NCBI RefSeq assembly: GCF_006345805.1
Contig: NC_043003.1
Span: 92,876,001 to 92,940,000 of the forward strand
Length of the DNA: 64,000 nucleotides
Origin: Octopus sinensis
Lineage: Eukaryota
Direction: 5' to 3'
Shown: one piece after another, positions 12,139 through 25,343 of the stretch
How the letters are laid out: every line of letters begins with the position of its first letter
Numbering within the stretch: the first letter of the stretch is position 1
Notes under the pieces: generated by a model
The model's input: only the letters and a program-made list of their open reading frames with translations
Databases searched by the model: none
What the model was told of the DNA's origin: nothing
Made by a program: the position numbers and the translations under genes

Positions 12139-12569
12139 GGATCTTTTCCGCTTGAACGGCAGTTTTTAACATAATTTCTAGGTAACTAAAAAATGTTAAA
12201 CTTCGTATACTGATAGAATGTGTTTATAAAACATCTTTTTCTCTTGTCTTTATTGAGAAAATTCTATAGTTTGTAAGATATTTGTTGTTTTTTTCTTCAA
12301 TTTCTGCAATTTCAACCAATCAGTGACGTCTATTGAGTTAAAAAGCATTCTGTGCAGTATGAATATGTCCCTCGTTTAAGAAACAGATTGGGTTTATTTA
12401 CATTTGTGAAGAAAAAAAGATACCCTTCTCCCTTCCCTAACCCTAACCCTAACTAACCTTAACCCTAAAAGAGATTGAAATGCAATAGATCGATACTAGG
12501 GTCATAATTATGGGTGACAATTTCATATGACACCGCTAGAAAAAACTGCCGTTCAAACCGAAAAGATCC
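12139..12569. mobile_element. MITE with 8-bp TSD (Merlin- or hAT-like) carrying (CCCTAA)n
   Basis: TIR GGATCTTTTC(C/G)G(C/T)TTGAACGGCAGTTTTT; TSD CAGGACTT at 12131 and 12570. Confidence 0.85.
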
Positions 12570-12644
12570 CAGGACTTTTAAATGCAAACGCTTGCAATGA
12601 TGGTAAAATATTGTTCTTTGCTAATTAGTAACACGCTAATATTA

Positions 12645-12727
<83 letters not shown>

Positions 12728-13032
12728 TGCAGTGGAAACACTCCTATAACTAGCGTATATAACAGTCATAAGAAACACTCGATGATGCGTTGGAAGCACT
12801 CATATACAAGTTATCTTGTCCAACTGGTTTCTTGAAAGTAAAAGTAAATGTTTCTACAGACATGAAAAAGTAAACATATAACTAACTTGAGGTTTTAGTC
12901 ATCTAAAATTTGTAGTGGAAACTCGAACTTTTTGACATTGCAAGAACGAAGACGAAACATACTTCGTAGATATTTTTGACGAGTTTGAAGATTAATATAA
13001 TATTTTCTGCGTAAACATAATTTTCAGTTATA

Positions 13033-13412
13033 GACGCAGGAGTGGCTGTGTGGTAAGTAGCTTGCTTATCAAACACATGGTTCTGGGTTCAGTCCCACTG
13101 CGTGGCACCGTGGGCAAGTGTTTTCTACTATTGCCCCGGGCAAACCAAAGCCTTGTGAGTGGATTTGGTAGACAGAAACTGAAAGAAGCCCGTCGTATGT
13201 ATGTACATATATGTGTGTTTATGTTTGTCCACACCCACCCCAACATCGCTTGACAACCGATGCAGGTATGTTTACGTCCCCGCAACTTAGCGGTTCGACA
13301 AACGAGACCGATAGAATAAGTACTAGGCTTACAAAGAATAAGTCCCGGGGTCGATTTGCTCGACTAAAGGCGGTGCTTCAGTCAAATGACTGAAACAAGT
13401 ACAAAAGAGTAC
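13033..13412 (+). mobile_element. tRNA-derived SINE group A, full-length representative
   Basis: TGGCTGTGTGGTAAG head, GGTTCAGTCCC B box, internal microsatellite, AAAGAGT tail. Other copies near 700-916, 2590-2995(-), 5043-5190, 7896-8310, 16130-16335(-), 20500-20833, 22200-22390(-), 30190-30475, 36455-36542 and 41455-41600. Confidence 0.88.
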
Positions 13413-13797
13413 AATAGTTAAAATATTGCGACTTGGATATTTCCTTGTCTTTATTTTCTGCTTCTGGTTGATAAAATTTTTTTTTTATCGCTAACCAAGC
13501 AAAGTCTACTGTTCCTGCTCATATATCTTCCAGCTTCTAATACACAAGCTTTTGTCAGTGATCTTTTATTTATTGAACATTTTCCTCCACACTTTAATTC
13601 AAGTACGTCTGAATAGCAGCTTAGTAGCAGTAGCACGAAGGGGTACGTAAGAGTAACCGGAAACGTTCTCTGTGGGACAAGTCCATTGTAATTCAGGCTT
13701 CCGCCGCTAGAAGCCGCTTGATGCTACCCTCAGGCATCAGTCTGCCGACCGGAGTCTTTGTTTTGCCGCGCTTCCCCTCTGTTCGTCGAGTTTTGCG

Positions 13798-15267
13798 ATG
13801 GCTGAAAGAAAGGGACAGCATGCTTCCGTGAAATTCTGGGGAAAACGGCGGCCGAAACAGTCGTCATGCTTCAAACAGCTGTCATGAGCAAAACACATGT
13901 TTACGAGATGTTTTCACACTTTAGGAATGGTTACTTATCGCTTGAAGACCAACTTCGTTCAGGGCGACCGTCGACCTCCCGAACGAATGAAAACATCACG
14001 AAAATTCATGAACTGGTCTTGGAGGGCCGTCGCCGAACAATTGACAAACTTGTTGATATGACTGGTGTGTCCCGGAGCTCCTACCAACGAATTTTGAGCA
14101 AGGAACTGCGAATTAAAGGAGCTGCAGCAAAATGTGTGCCTCGTTTGCTCAAGGAAGATCAAAAGTAGTCACGACTGAATGCATGTCGTGAACTGAAAGA
14201 ACAGTTGGAAGTTGATCCGAACCATTTTTCGAAGGTTACCACTGGTTTACAAAAGTTGGTTACAACCCCAAAACGGTTACAACCCCAAAACCAAGCTGCA
14301 TTCAAGTCAATGGAGTCATTCAGTGTCACCACGCCTTCAAAAAGTGCATCAAATGAAGTCCAGTGTCAAGACAATACTAATTTGTTTCATCGATGCGAAA
14401 GGAATTGTCCACACAGTATTTGTTCCTCCTGGTCAAACTTTTAATCAGATATTTTTACTTGGCAGTTCTGAAGCGTTTGCGAGATCCCGCGAGACGTAAA
14501 CGCCTCAACCAGTGGCAAAGCTGACAGTGGTGGTTTCATCAGGACAATGCGCCTGTGCACACCGCCTTGAGTGTGAGACAGTTTTTGACCAAAAATGACA
14601 TGACTCCATTTACCCACCCTTCCTATTCACCCGATCGGAGGAGCAATGACCCAGTGGTTAGGGCAGCGGACTCGCGGTCATAGGATCGCGGTTTCGATTC
14701 CCAGACCGGGCGTTGTGAGTGTTTATTGAGCGAAAACACCCTAAGCTCCACGAGGCTCCGGCAGGGGATGGTGGTGATCCCTGCTGTACTCTTTCACCAT
14801 AACTTTCTCTTACTCTTACTTCCTGTTTCTGTTGTACCTGTATTTCAAAGGGCCGGCCTTGTCACTCTCTGTGTCACGCTGAATATCCCCGAGAACTACG
14901 TTAAAGGTGACGTGTCTGTGGAGTGCTCAGCCACTTACACGTTAATTTCACGAGCAGGCTGTTCCGTTGATTCGGATCAACCGGAACCCTCGTCGTCGTA
15001 ACCGACGGAGTGCTTCCATCCATCCATTCACCCGATCTTGCTTCCCGTAACTTTTATTTTATTTTTTGGTTCCTTCGAATGAAAAAAGTCCTTAAAGAAA
15101 AACATTTTGCAGATGTGGAAGAGGTGAAGAAAAAAAATGACGGAGGCGTTAAAAGACATCACTTCGCAAGAGTTCTAGGATTGCTTCCAACAGTAGAAAA
15201 CGCGTTTGGACCGATGCGTTATTCAAATGGAGAATACTTTGAAGGCGATAAGAGTGTAAACATGTAA
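13798..15267 (+). pseudogene. Mariner transposase pseudogene
   Basis: RSGRP, AKCVPRLL (WVPH-like), FHQDNAPVH, YSPDLA and GEYFEGD motifs; stops, frameshifts and a SINE insertion. Confidence 0.92.
14637..15025 (+). mobile_element. tRNA-derived SINE (group C) inserted in the mariner
   Basis: A box TGACCCAGTGG, B box GTTTCGATTCC, (CCAT)n tail, TSD ATTCACCCGATC at 14625-14636 and 15026-15037. Confidence 0.9.
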
Positions 15268-15351
15268 AAATTAAGGGAATAAAATAATATTGTAAAATAT
15301 ATTGTAAAATTCCGGTTTCATTTGGGTACCCCCTTTTGGGGTAGTTAGAAC

Positions 15352-15480
15352 GGCATTAGTAGTTTAGTTAGGAGCTAGCAGTTAGCAGTTAGCAAGGGAT
15401 TACTGGTTAGCATGGGATTAATGGGAAGCAAGGCATTAGTACATAAGAAGGAATTAGTAGTTAGCAAGGGATTAGTAGTT
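15352..15480 (+). repeat. Degenerate ~18-bp tandem repeat next to the mariner end
   Basis: GGGATTAGTAGTTAGCAA-like units. Confidence 0.6.
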
Positions 15481-15671
15481 ATTTAAAATTAATTTCCGGT
15501 CCTAATAAGCTATATGTTTCCAATTATCATCTCATGTGACGTTCTCATGTTTTTCTTCTTTTTTCCTTAATATCAATCGCAATGCTCATCCTGGCTGAAA
15601 TCCATTTCTATATTGCGTGAAAATGCTGTACCCCAGATCTGATTGTCTATCAGTGACAGAAGTGTTAGAAG

Positions 15672-15905
15672 ATATATTTCTTTACTACCCACAAGGGGCT
15701 AAACACAGAGGGGACAAACAAGGACAGACAACGGGATAAGTCGATTACATCGACCCCAGTACGTAACTGGTACTTAATTTATCGACCCCGATAGGATGAA
15801 AGGCAAAGTCGACCTCGGCGGAATTTGAACTCAGAACGTAACGGCAGACGAAATACGGCCACGCATTTCGCCCGGCGTGCTAGCGTTTCTGCCAGCTCGC
15901 CGCCT
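15672..15905 (-). mobile_element. tRNA-derived SINE group B monomer
   Basis: GGCGGCGAGCTGGCAGAA head, GAGTTCAAATTCC B box, short TSD TTAGAAG. Other copies near 18470-19050, 21530-21810, 32825-33160, 33640-33860, 45700-46085, 49100-49270, 49752-49985 and 56900-57085. Confidence 0.88.
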
Positions 15906-16763
15906 TTAGAAGTTTTTAGAATATAGCTTTAGGTTATCAATAAGAAGCCTTTGTTATATCAACTTTTTTGGTTTTTGCTATGTTAAACTGTTTATGTGTG
16001 TATATTAGGACGTATTTACATGTTATTCTGCATAAGATGAAGTTTCTGAATTAATTTAAGTCACTGAAATATAATCTAGACTAGAATCAAGATGTAGGTA
16101 TATTTGATAGTTAATCTGAAATTGTGAGGTTTGTTGTTATACAAAACACATACACGCACGCCGCACGCACGCACATATATACGACGGGATTTCACAGAAT
16201 TTCAACCGATCAAATTCACTCACAAGGCAGTCGTCCATTCGAGGTTATTGTAAAAGATATCTGTCCAAATTTCCGTGCAGTGGTGTTGAACCGACATCAC
16301 GTAGCTGCAAGGCAAGCTGCTTAACTGCATACCCATGAGTCATGTAAAGAGTTCTCCCAAAACCCAAACAGAGTCGGACTCACTGCCGCAAACTAATAGG
16401 TTACTCATTAGTGTTACTGCACTCCTTCCACCGATAACGATGAATACGACCCGAAGTGGAAATCCTGTCTGCCGCTCTCATATTTTAGGAAGGGAAGGGC
16501 ATGTTAGATAAGGCAGTCCTTGGTGCATTATGTACTATGTGGGTGTGGACTGAACAACAACAGCAACAAACATACGAACACGAAAACAGCAACAATATCA
16601 ACAAACATAAAAAACAAGAAAACATCAAGAACAACAAGAAGCATACAAACAACAAAGTAGCAACAACAACAGCATCAACAACAATAACAACAACAGCAAC
16701 GATGAGCTGCATTTATTCACGATATCTATTTCCAATTAGAAGGACTGGAGAGAGCTAGAGGTA

Positions 16764-16876
16764 TCCTGTGTCTTGGTTATGCCTTCAAAGTGTCCTGTGT
16801 CTTGGCTATGCCTTCAAAGTGTCCTGTGTCTTGGCTATGCCTTCAAAGTGTCCTGTGTCTTGGCTATGCCTTCAAA
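16764..16876 (+). repeat. Minisatellite, 29-bp unit x about 4
   Basis: TCCTGTGTCTTGGCTATGCCTTCAAAGTG. Confidence 0.95.
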
Positions 16877-16909
16877 TGGCAGCCAGTACATTTTTACCTT
16901 ACATTCCCT

Positions 16910-17213
16910 TGTTGTAGTTGTTTGTTCCTTTCTCAAGCCATGCCTGGCTCATAAGGGCCGGTTTCGCAGTTTCTTTGGCGTATAGGTTCCCCACCTGGAC
17001 GGGACGCCGGTCCGTCGCAGGTGAGCTGCTAGATGCAGGAGGAAAGAGTGAGAGAAAGTTGTGGCCAAAGAGTCAGCAGAAGTTCGCCATTACTTTCTGC
17101 CGGAGCCGCGTGCAGCTTAGGTGTTTCGCTCATAAACACACACATCACCCGGTCTGAGATTCGAATCCGCGATCCCCCGACCGCTGCTCTAACCACTAGG
17201 CCATGTGTCTCCA
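16910..17213 (-). mobile_element. tRNA-derived SINE (group C variant)
   Basis: Head TGGCCTAGTGGTTAG; TSD CTTACATTC(C/T)CT at 16898 and 17214. Confidence 0.85.
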
Positions 17214-17989
17214 CTTACATTCTCTGACATTCTCTGACTCTTTGTCATTTGATACCGTTAACGTGTGAAGTGTTGGGTGTGGAATTAGGACTGGGGGATT
17301 CACGTGAGTTCATGTCAGAAGGTGTAGCTAAATGATTAAGTGAAAAGCTGGCGCGAGTTGGCGCATGGTCGTTATCATATACCAACGGCCAGCTGTCGCG
17401 AAACGAAATATGATTACGCATGGATCATATGGTCACCCATCCCACACAAAAATACCCCAAAACAAATAAATATTAAAAAATTCTTAAATTAACAAAAGGT
17501 CACGGGTTTTTTTGTGAAACACATATGTTTAGCATTAATTACATAATCTATTTATTTATTTATCAACCCTGAAGGAATGGAAACCCAAGTTAACTAAAGC
17601 AGGAACGAACTCAGAATAGTAAAACACTTAGTCTGGTGCTTTATTGCTTGAATTATCATCGATCTCACAGTATGTAACATTGATTTCTTAGATTAATGTG
17701 AAGTCAGAGATTTACAGGGAAAGAATTATAAGCGATTAAGTCGACAATAGAACGGGCATACCTGATGCCTGCTCTTGGGATCTAAAATTGTAACTGTCGA
17801 AATTGAAAAAATTTGAACCTAGAGACCGATAAACGTAACTAAATACTTCAAAATATTTGATTTAGTATTCGAACATTTTTGCCATCCATCACTTTTATTT
17901 GATGATGACAATGATGGCGAAGATGATGAAGACTGCGCCGATGAATGATGATGTTCATCATCATCATGACGGCAATAATGATGACGCTG

Positions 17990-18387
17990 AAGGCGGCGAG
18001 CTGGCAGAATCGTTAGCACGCCGGGCGAAATGCGTAGCCGTATTTCGTCTGCCGCTACGTTCTGAGTTCAAATTCCGCCGAGGTCGACTTTGCCTTTCTT
18101 CCTTTCGGGGTCGATTAAATAAGTACCAGTTACGCACTGGGGTCGATGTAATCGACTTAATCCGTTTGTCTGTCCATGTTTGTCCCCTCTGTGTTTAGCC
18201 CCTTTTGGGTAGTAAAGAAATAGGTATTTTGTCTGTCTTTACGTTCTGAGTTCAAATTCCACCGAGGTCGACTTTGCCTTTCATCCTTTCAAGGGTCGAT
18301 AAATTAAGTACCAGTTGCGTACTGGGATCAATCTAATCGACTGGCCCTCTCCCCATTAATTTCGGGCCTGGTGCCTAGAGTAGAAAC
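17990..18387 (+). mobile_element. Group B SINE dimer
   Basis: TSD CAATAATGATGAC(G/A)CTG at 17973-17989 and 18388-18404. Confidence 0.85.
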
Positions 18388-19655
18388 CAATAATGATGAC
18401 ACTGGTGGCCGTTTCTACCGTAGCCACAAGATAAGGCCGGATGACAATAATTAAATATACTCCACCCCACTTTAGTACTCGACTGGTATTTTCTTTTATC
18501 GACTTCTAAAGGATGAAAGGCAAAGATGACTTTAGCAGGATTTGCACTCAGAATATAAAGAGCCCAAATTTTATAACGGGTTCCAGTTTTAGCACAAGGC
18601 TAGTAAGTACAAGGGCAAGGGGCAAATCGATCACATCAATCCCAGAGCTCAACTGGTATTTATATTATTGACTCCGAAAGGAAAAAAGGCAAAGTTGACC
18701 TCGGCGGAATTTGAATTCAGAACGTAAAGACCAACGCAATGTCGCTAAGCATTTTGCCCGGTGCGGTAACGATTCTACCAGGCCGCTGTCTTGAGCCATA
18801 ATTAAATATCGATTTCAGTTTTTGGAACATCGCCAGAGGTTTTGGTGGGAGGGGTTAAATCTATTACCTCAACCTCAGTGTTCAACTGGTACTTATTTTC
18901 TGGACCCGAATGGATCATATATAGGTCAAAGTTGACCTCGGCAGCATTTGAACTCACTACGTAGAGTTGGGTAGAATGCCGCTAAGCTTCTTGTCCGGCG
19001 CGGCAAAAAACGAAGTTGGTCTCGGTTGGATTTGAACTCAGAACGTAAAGTGCAGCGATTAGACAAACACTCGTAGTGGGGTTAGCACTCAGAGCAGAAC
19101 ACTAAAACTAATTACAATCATACGCTTGGGCCATCGTGTTATCACTTTTGTTTGCAATATGTAACATTGATTTCGTTTATAAGTTTTTAGAGAAGGGTTA
19201 TAGATATTGAAACCGACCGCAGGTCATATGTGATAGACTCTATTCTTTGCTGTCGTGCGACAGAAAAAGAAAAAATTATAGACGTTAGTAGAAAGCGAAA
19301 TCAGAACTCTTGTAGGAAACTAAATGTTAGAGCATTCAGTCCACAATCTATCATTTCTACCTTAACATTGTCCTTTATAGGTAATACGTGGCGAGCGTCG
19401 CATAAAATACCAGGTGCACCAACATAGGTTAAATTTCTGATTGAAACCATTTGACATTTACGTTGTGTCAAACAATCCATTATTCTCTTCTTTTAAAATA
19501 TCAAACCGCCTGACACAATCAAAAGGAAATCAATCCCTTATTTGACATGACAAATTCATAACAGATACAAATACGAACGATTTTTTTTGTTTTTACCTTA
19601 AAAACCCAGTTTTTCATAGAACAACTGTTTTATCATATCAGTAAATTATGCAGTG

Positions 19656-19965
19656 TAGGGGCGTAATGACCCAGTGGTTAGGGCAGCGGACTTGCAGTCG
19701 GAGGATCGCGGTTTCGATTCCCAGACCGGGCGTTGTGTGTGTTTATTGAGCGAAAACACCTAAAGCTCCACGAGGCTCCGGCAAGGGGTGGTGGCGACCC
19801 CTGTTGTGCTCTTTAACCCCAACTTTCTCTCACCGTCTCTTCCTGTTTCTTGAGTAACGCTGCAATGGACTGGCGTCCCGTCCAGCTGGGAGGGACACAT
19901 ACACCACAGAAACCAGGAAACCGGGCCTATGAGCCTGGCTAGGCTTGAAAAGGACGAAGAAAGAG
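19656..19965 (+). mobile_element. tRNA-derived SINE (group C, tail 2)
   Basis: Same head as 14637; TSD AAATTA(T/C)GCAGTG at 19643 and 19966. Confidence 0.88.
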
Positions 19966-20570
19966 AAATTACGCAGTGATTGTTTTGGCCAGTCATGAGC
20001 AGACAGCGGCCCACAGGACTTTCTGAATGGCACACTAATGAAAAATTACTTTGAATTTTTTAGTAATGCGACCCGCCTCATGATGAGTCATGTCTCATGT
20101 AGCCCGCTTCTTGAAAAGGTTGCCCATGTCTGGTTTACGTGATTCTGGAAAATCAACGTACTGCTTTCAGTTTTCATTAACCTTAAACTTTCCTTTTAAT
20201 TTCGCAAGCTTTAGCTTTCCTTTTAGTTTCACATGAAACGAAGGATAACATTAGTAATAGTAAAGCCGTGGTAATAAGAATTTCAAACAAACAAAGGTCA
20301 TTAAGATAATTATTTTAAACAGCAATAAACGAAGAAAATAATATTCACATAAAACCAGGAAAAGTTTTTGACCGTTGCTCCACCACCACCACCACCAACA
20401 CCACCATGCTTCTGTTATGTAATTTACACCGTATATACTGGTGTAAAAGTCGAATTTTTAAGACCATGTATGTGTGTGTGTATGCGCGCGCGTCTTTGTG
20501 TTTTCTTCTGTTATTGCCGCGGGTCGACCAAAGTGAGTGGATTTGGTAGACGGAAACTGAAAGAAGACCG

Positions 20571-20603
<33 letters not shown>

Positions 20604-21154
20604 ATATATATAGATATATATGTAAATATCTGTGTGTGCGTGTGTCTTTACAACCGGTGTTGATGTGTTTACGGCCCCGTAACTTAGCGGTTAGGATAAA
20701 AGACCGATAGAATAAGTAGCAGGCTTAAAAATAAGAACAATAAGTACTCGGGTGGGTTTGTTCGACTAAAATTCCTCAAAGCAGTGTCCCAGTATGGTAT
20801 GCAGTCAAATGACTGAAACAAGTAAAAGATAAACTATCACTTTTCCATTAAATCAAAGTGAAAAAGCAATCCCTTACATCTTTTTTTTTTTTTTTTTACC
20901 CCGGGTGCTTTAGGAGGAAGGAGATGAGTAATCGTAACTCAATGGGAATTTTAGGTATTTTGGGTTTGATTTCATTTTTATCTTATTTTGCACCGCAAAA
21001 GAAAACGAGGAAGTGTGATGACTAGCAGGAGTTTAACACGTTCAACTACAACAACAGTAACAACATTCGTGGTGTCAATGATGATGATAACAAAATTAAA
21101 AAAAAAATTTTTCCTTTGGTCGGTAATTGTTATTTCCTATTTGCTTCTATCTGT

Positions 21155-21522
21155 GGAGGTGCAATGGCCCAGTGGTTAGTTAGGGCAGCGGACTCGCGGT
21201 TTCGATTCCTAGACCGGGCGTTGTGTGTGTTTATTGAGCGAAAACACCTAAAGCTCCACGAGGCTCCGGCAGGGGGTGGTGGCGACCCCTGTTGTACTCT
21301 ATCATCCCAACTTTCTCTCACTCTTTCTTTCTGTTTCTTGTCCCCGACTTCCTACGCAACCGTTGAGCCTGGATGCGCATTCATCCATCCGTCGATGCTC
21401 TCGGTGTCGGGGGTTGACCTGCTTTCTCTTCTGCGGGTCTTATGAATAGCAAAGGACCACGATTCGGACTCTTCCACTGCGAGCTCTGGGACGAAGACCG
21501 CTTCGCTCAACAGCTGCTACTG
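21155..21522 (+). mobile_element. tRNA-derived SINE (group C, tail 3)
   Basis: Same head and body as 14637 and 19656, with an unrelated GC-rich 3' part. Confidence 0.8.
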
Positions 21523-22439
21523 TATTTTATCGAATCCGAAAGGAAAAGTTGACCTGTTAAACATTTTGTCCAACGATCTGTTTGGCTAGTTCGCCACCTT
21601 CATAGATCACTAAAAGTGGCTTTAAAATTTTTGAACGTGGCTAATGATTTTAGCGGGAGAGGGATAGTCGATTACAGCGACCCAATCTTCAACTAGTATA
21701 TATTTTATCGACCCCAATAGATGAAAGGCAAAATCGACCACGGTGATATTTGAACTCACAGAATAAAACCGGTAAAAATCCTGCTAACGCTTTAAGTGTT
21801 CTGCCAACATTAGTATAATAAACTGTTCAAAATTCCCAGAACTTGTTTGACTTCCTTGTCTTCTTTCGCATTTGCAAGAAAGAACGAAAGAAGAAAATGA
21901 AGCAAAACTGCATATCTAAATTTCCTATGAGTCACCAACATTCCACTATCTGGGGTAGGGAATTTATATGTAAGGGGTTACTGTTGCAACTTGATTTAAT
22001 GAGAAAGTGATGGCTCTAAAAATCCAGTATTTCTTGTTCAGTCTTGTAAATTTATGCGACCCTGAAATATTGCATTCCGTTTTCACTTACATAAAATTAG
22101 TTTTCATTTACATTTCTGACAAGTTATTTCCAATGATTTATCAGCTTTCACTTTCGCCGTTTCGTGAAAAAATATTCTGTAATTACTTTTTTATATTCTT
22201 TTACTTCTTTCAGTCTTTGAACTGCGGTCAAGCTGGGGCACCACCTTGAAGGGATTCGTCAGTGAAATCAACCCGAGTACTTATTCAATTTTCTACTTAT
22301 TATATCTGTCTTTTTGTTTTTGGCAGAAACCGTGAAGTAACGGGAACGTAAACAAACCAAGACCAAGTCATGAAGCAGTGGGGGTGGTGATCAAAAATAT
22401 TTCTGGCTTTATGTAAATAAATATTCTCTCCATTTAGGG

Positions 22440-23632
22440 AAGTGAATTAGCAGAATATTTAGCATGTCGGGCAAAATGCTTAGCGGCAATTTGTTTGTGA
22501 GTTTAAATTCTGCCGAGCTCAGCTTTGTCTTATCCTTTTGAGGTTGATAAAATAAGTACCAGTTGAGTACTGGAGTCAATTTGATCGACTGTCCCCCACC
22601 TCTCAAAATACAGGCCGTGTGCTTATAGTAGAAAGGATTATTCTTTTCTACTCTAGACACAAGGCCCAAAATTTTTGGGCCAGTCGATTAGATCGACTCC
22701 AGTACGCAACTGGTACTGAGTTTATCGACTCCAAAAAGATGAAAGGCAAAGTCGCCCTCGGCGGAATTTGAACTCAGAACGCAGAGACAGACGAAATACC
22801 GTTAAACATTTCACCCGGTGTGCTAACGTTTCTTATTTCTTTACTGTCCACAAGGGGCTACTCACAGAGAGCACAGACAAGGACAGACAAAAAGATTAAG
22901 TCGATTATATCGACTCCAATGCGTAACTAGTACTTATTTAATCGACCCCGAAAGGATGAAAGACAAAGTCGACCTCGACGGAATTTGAACTCAGAACGTA
23001 GCGGCAGACGAAATACCTATTTCTTTACTGCCCCCAAGGGGCTAAACACAGAGAGGACAAACAAGGACAGACAAACGGATCAAGTCGATTACATCGCCCC
23101 TAGTGCGTAACTGGTACTTAATTTATCGACCCTGAAAGGATGAAAGGCAAAGTCGACCTCGGCGGAATTTGAACTCAGAACGTGGCATTTCGTCCACCAT
23201 GCTAATGATTCTGCTAGCTCGCTGTCTTGACAATAGTAATAATAATCCTTTCTATTATAGACACAAGGTCTGAATTTTTGGAAGAGGGAACTACTCGATT
23301 ACATCGATACCAGAATTTCACTGGTACTTAATTTATCGATTCCGAAAGAATGAACGGCAAATTCGACCTCAGTGGAATTTGAACTCAGAACGTAGCGACG
23401 GGCGAAATACCACCAAGCATTTCGTCCGGTGTGCTAACGATTCTGCCAGCTCGCCGTCTTGACAATAGTAACAATAATCTTTTCTACTCTAAGCACAAGG
23501 CCCGAAATTTTTTTGTGGGGAGGGGGCCAGTTGATTAGATCGACCCCAGTACCCACCTGGTACTTAATTTATCGACCCCGAAAGGATGAAAGGCAAAGCC
23601 GACCTCGGTGGGATTTGAACTCAGAACGTAAG
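22440..23632. repeat. Array of group B SINE units (first +, then about five -)
   Basis: Repeated GTCGACCTCGGCGGAATTTGAACTCAGAACG blocks about 185-230 bp apart. Confidence 0.85.
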
Positions 23633-23656
23633 ATATAATAATAATAATATATATAT

Positions 23657-23710
<54 letters not shown>

Positions 23711-24304
23711 CCAGCTCAAAATTTCAAAAAATTATTTTATCAGCGAGGTCCAGTACTAAATGATTCACAAACCCGTGAGTGGCGCTGGGTGGTCCTTGTC
23801 ATAATTTATCTGAAATTTACCGGTAATTTTCGTTTGTATGCATCGATCATTGCGATAATCTTTGGAATAAATGACCGATCAGAAAAAAGAATTTCATCCA
23901 GAAAGTAAAGCAATTTGCTAAAACGTAAGGGCAAAATTTTACATACGTACTGTATTTCTTTATTCCTTGCACATTTTAATGAAAATGTACTTGACTCATT
24001 TTTTGAATTGCCCGGAAGGAAACAGGTCTGAACGACAAAACTGGGGATTTTCAATATCTATTTAAAATTAGATATTCAAGATGTTGTGAATTCGAGTAAC
24101 TGTATTCATTTTAGGCGTTAAAAACCCGGACACGAACCGGCACCTATATATACAGACGTGTATATACACGTATGTTCCTAAACAGATACATATACATTGA
24201 TAAATATTTATATGCATACATACACACGCACACACCCACACACACACATATTTATATAGAGAGAGATGTAGGGAAAGAGAGAGATAGATTGATAGACATG
24301 TATA

Positions 24305-24816
24305 CCGTAAATCCACGAGTATAGTCCGCCCTTGAGTATAATACGCAGGGGATTTTTATGGGGCTGTACCTCTGAAAAACCTAAACCTTGTGTATAATAT
24401 GCACCCCTTCTCTAACTTGAGTCAAGGAGGTCTATATAACGTCTTTGGTTTGTAAAAATGTATACGGTGACGTCCTTTATTATTATTGTATATATAATAT
24501 AATGCAAATGTGTAGCTTTTTTGTGCATTTTGTTTGCAGAAAATAAAGAAATAACAGTAATAACGTTTAATAAATGTTGCTTACTGCAAGTTATGGATGA
24601 TTCTTTTATGACTTCATTGCTTTCAGGCTTAGTTTAAGGTATTTTCGCACCCGACATAACAAAATGCGTCTGAATAAACATTGCCGGATAGCAAATAGAG
24701 ACTCGGACATTGCTTAGAAAATGATTTTCATTTTTAACCTCGTATATAGTACGCACTAGGGATTTTGATCTTTAAATTTTGGGAAATAAATGCGGATTAT
24801 ACTCGAGGATTCACGG
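24305..24816. mobile_element. Tc1/pogo-type MITE
   Basis: TA-flanked TIR CCGT(A/G)AATCC(A/T)CGAGTATA(G/A)TCCGC. Confidence 0.85.
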
Positions 24817-24828
24817 TATATATATATA

Positions 24829-25205
24829 CCGTTGCTCGGGTTTGTAAGGGAAATAACTATATAAGCATTTTTAGAGAGTTATAGCAAAAAAAATAGCAAA
24901 AAATGCATTAAAAATGGAAAAAAAAATGATGGTAAATTTTTTTTAAATCGTTTACTCATCGTAGACATTTTTAGAGAGTTACTTCCCTTATATAATAGCG
25001 AAAATGCATTAAAATGGAAAAAAAACGATGGTAATTTTTTTTTAAATCGTAGACTCATCGTAGACGCGTGCTAATACCCAGAAGGGATCGATATGAATCA
25101 CGACTATAAGATACCCGGTTTTAGTTAAACTGCACCGCAAAATGTGGGAGTAGTTAGGAATCTAAATCGTAGGAGACAGACACATAACTTCACTTTTATA
25201 TATAA

Positions 25206-25208
<3 letters not shown>
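24829..25208 (-). mobile_element. Same Helitron family, 3'-truncated
   Basis: Shares both terminal regions with 29580-30101 but lacks the CTAG end and the central part. Confidence 0.75.
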
Positions 25209-25268
<60 letters not shown>

Positions 25269-25275
25269 TATATAC

Positions 25276-25343
<68 letters not shown>

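Larger units (their letters stand above)
13636..15336 (+). mobile_element. Full-length decayed mariner DNA transposon
   Basis: Imperfect ~27-bp TIRs (13636-13662, 15310-15336). About 1.3 kb once the SINE is removed. Confidence 0.9.

Noticed and set aside
13033-13105. tRNA genes at SINE heads
   Set aside because: A and B boxes are present but the cloverleafs are incomplete and continue into SINE bodies with tails and TSDs.
16501-16758. Q/N/T-rich ORF
   Set aside because: Degenerate (CAA)n microsatellite.
16764-16876. CRISPR-like array
   Set aside because: Head-to-tail 29-bp repeats with no spacers, in a eukaryotic context.
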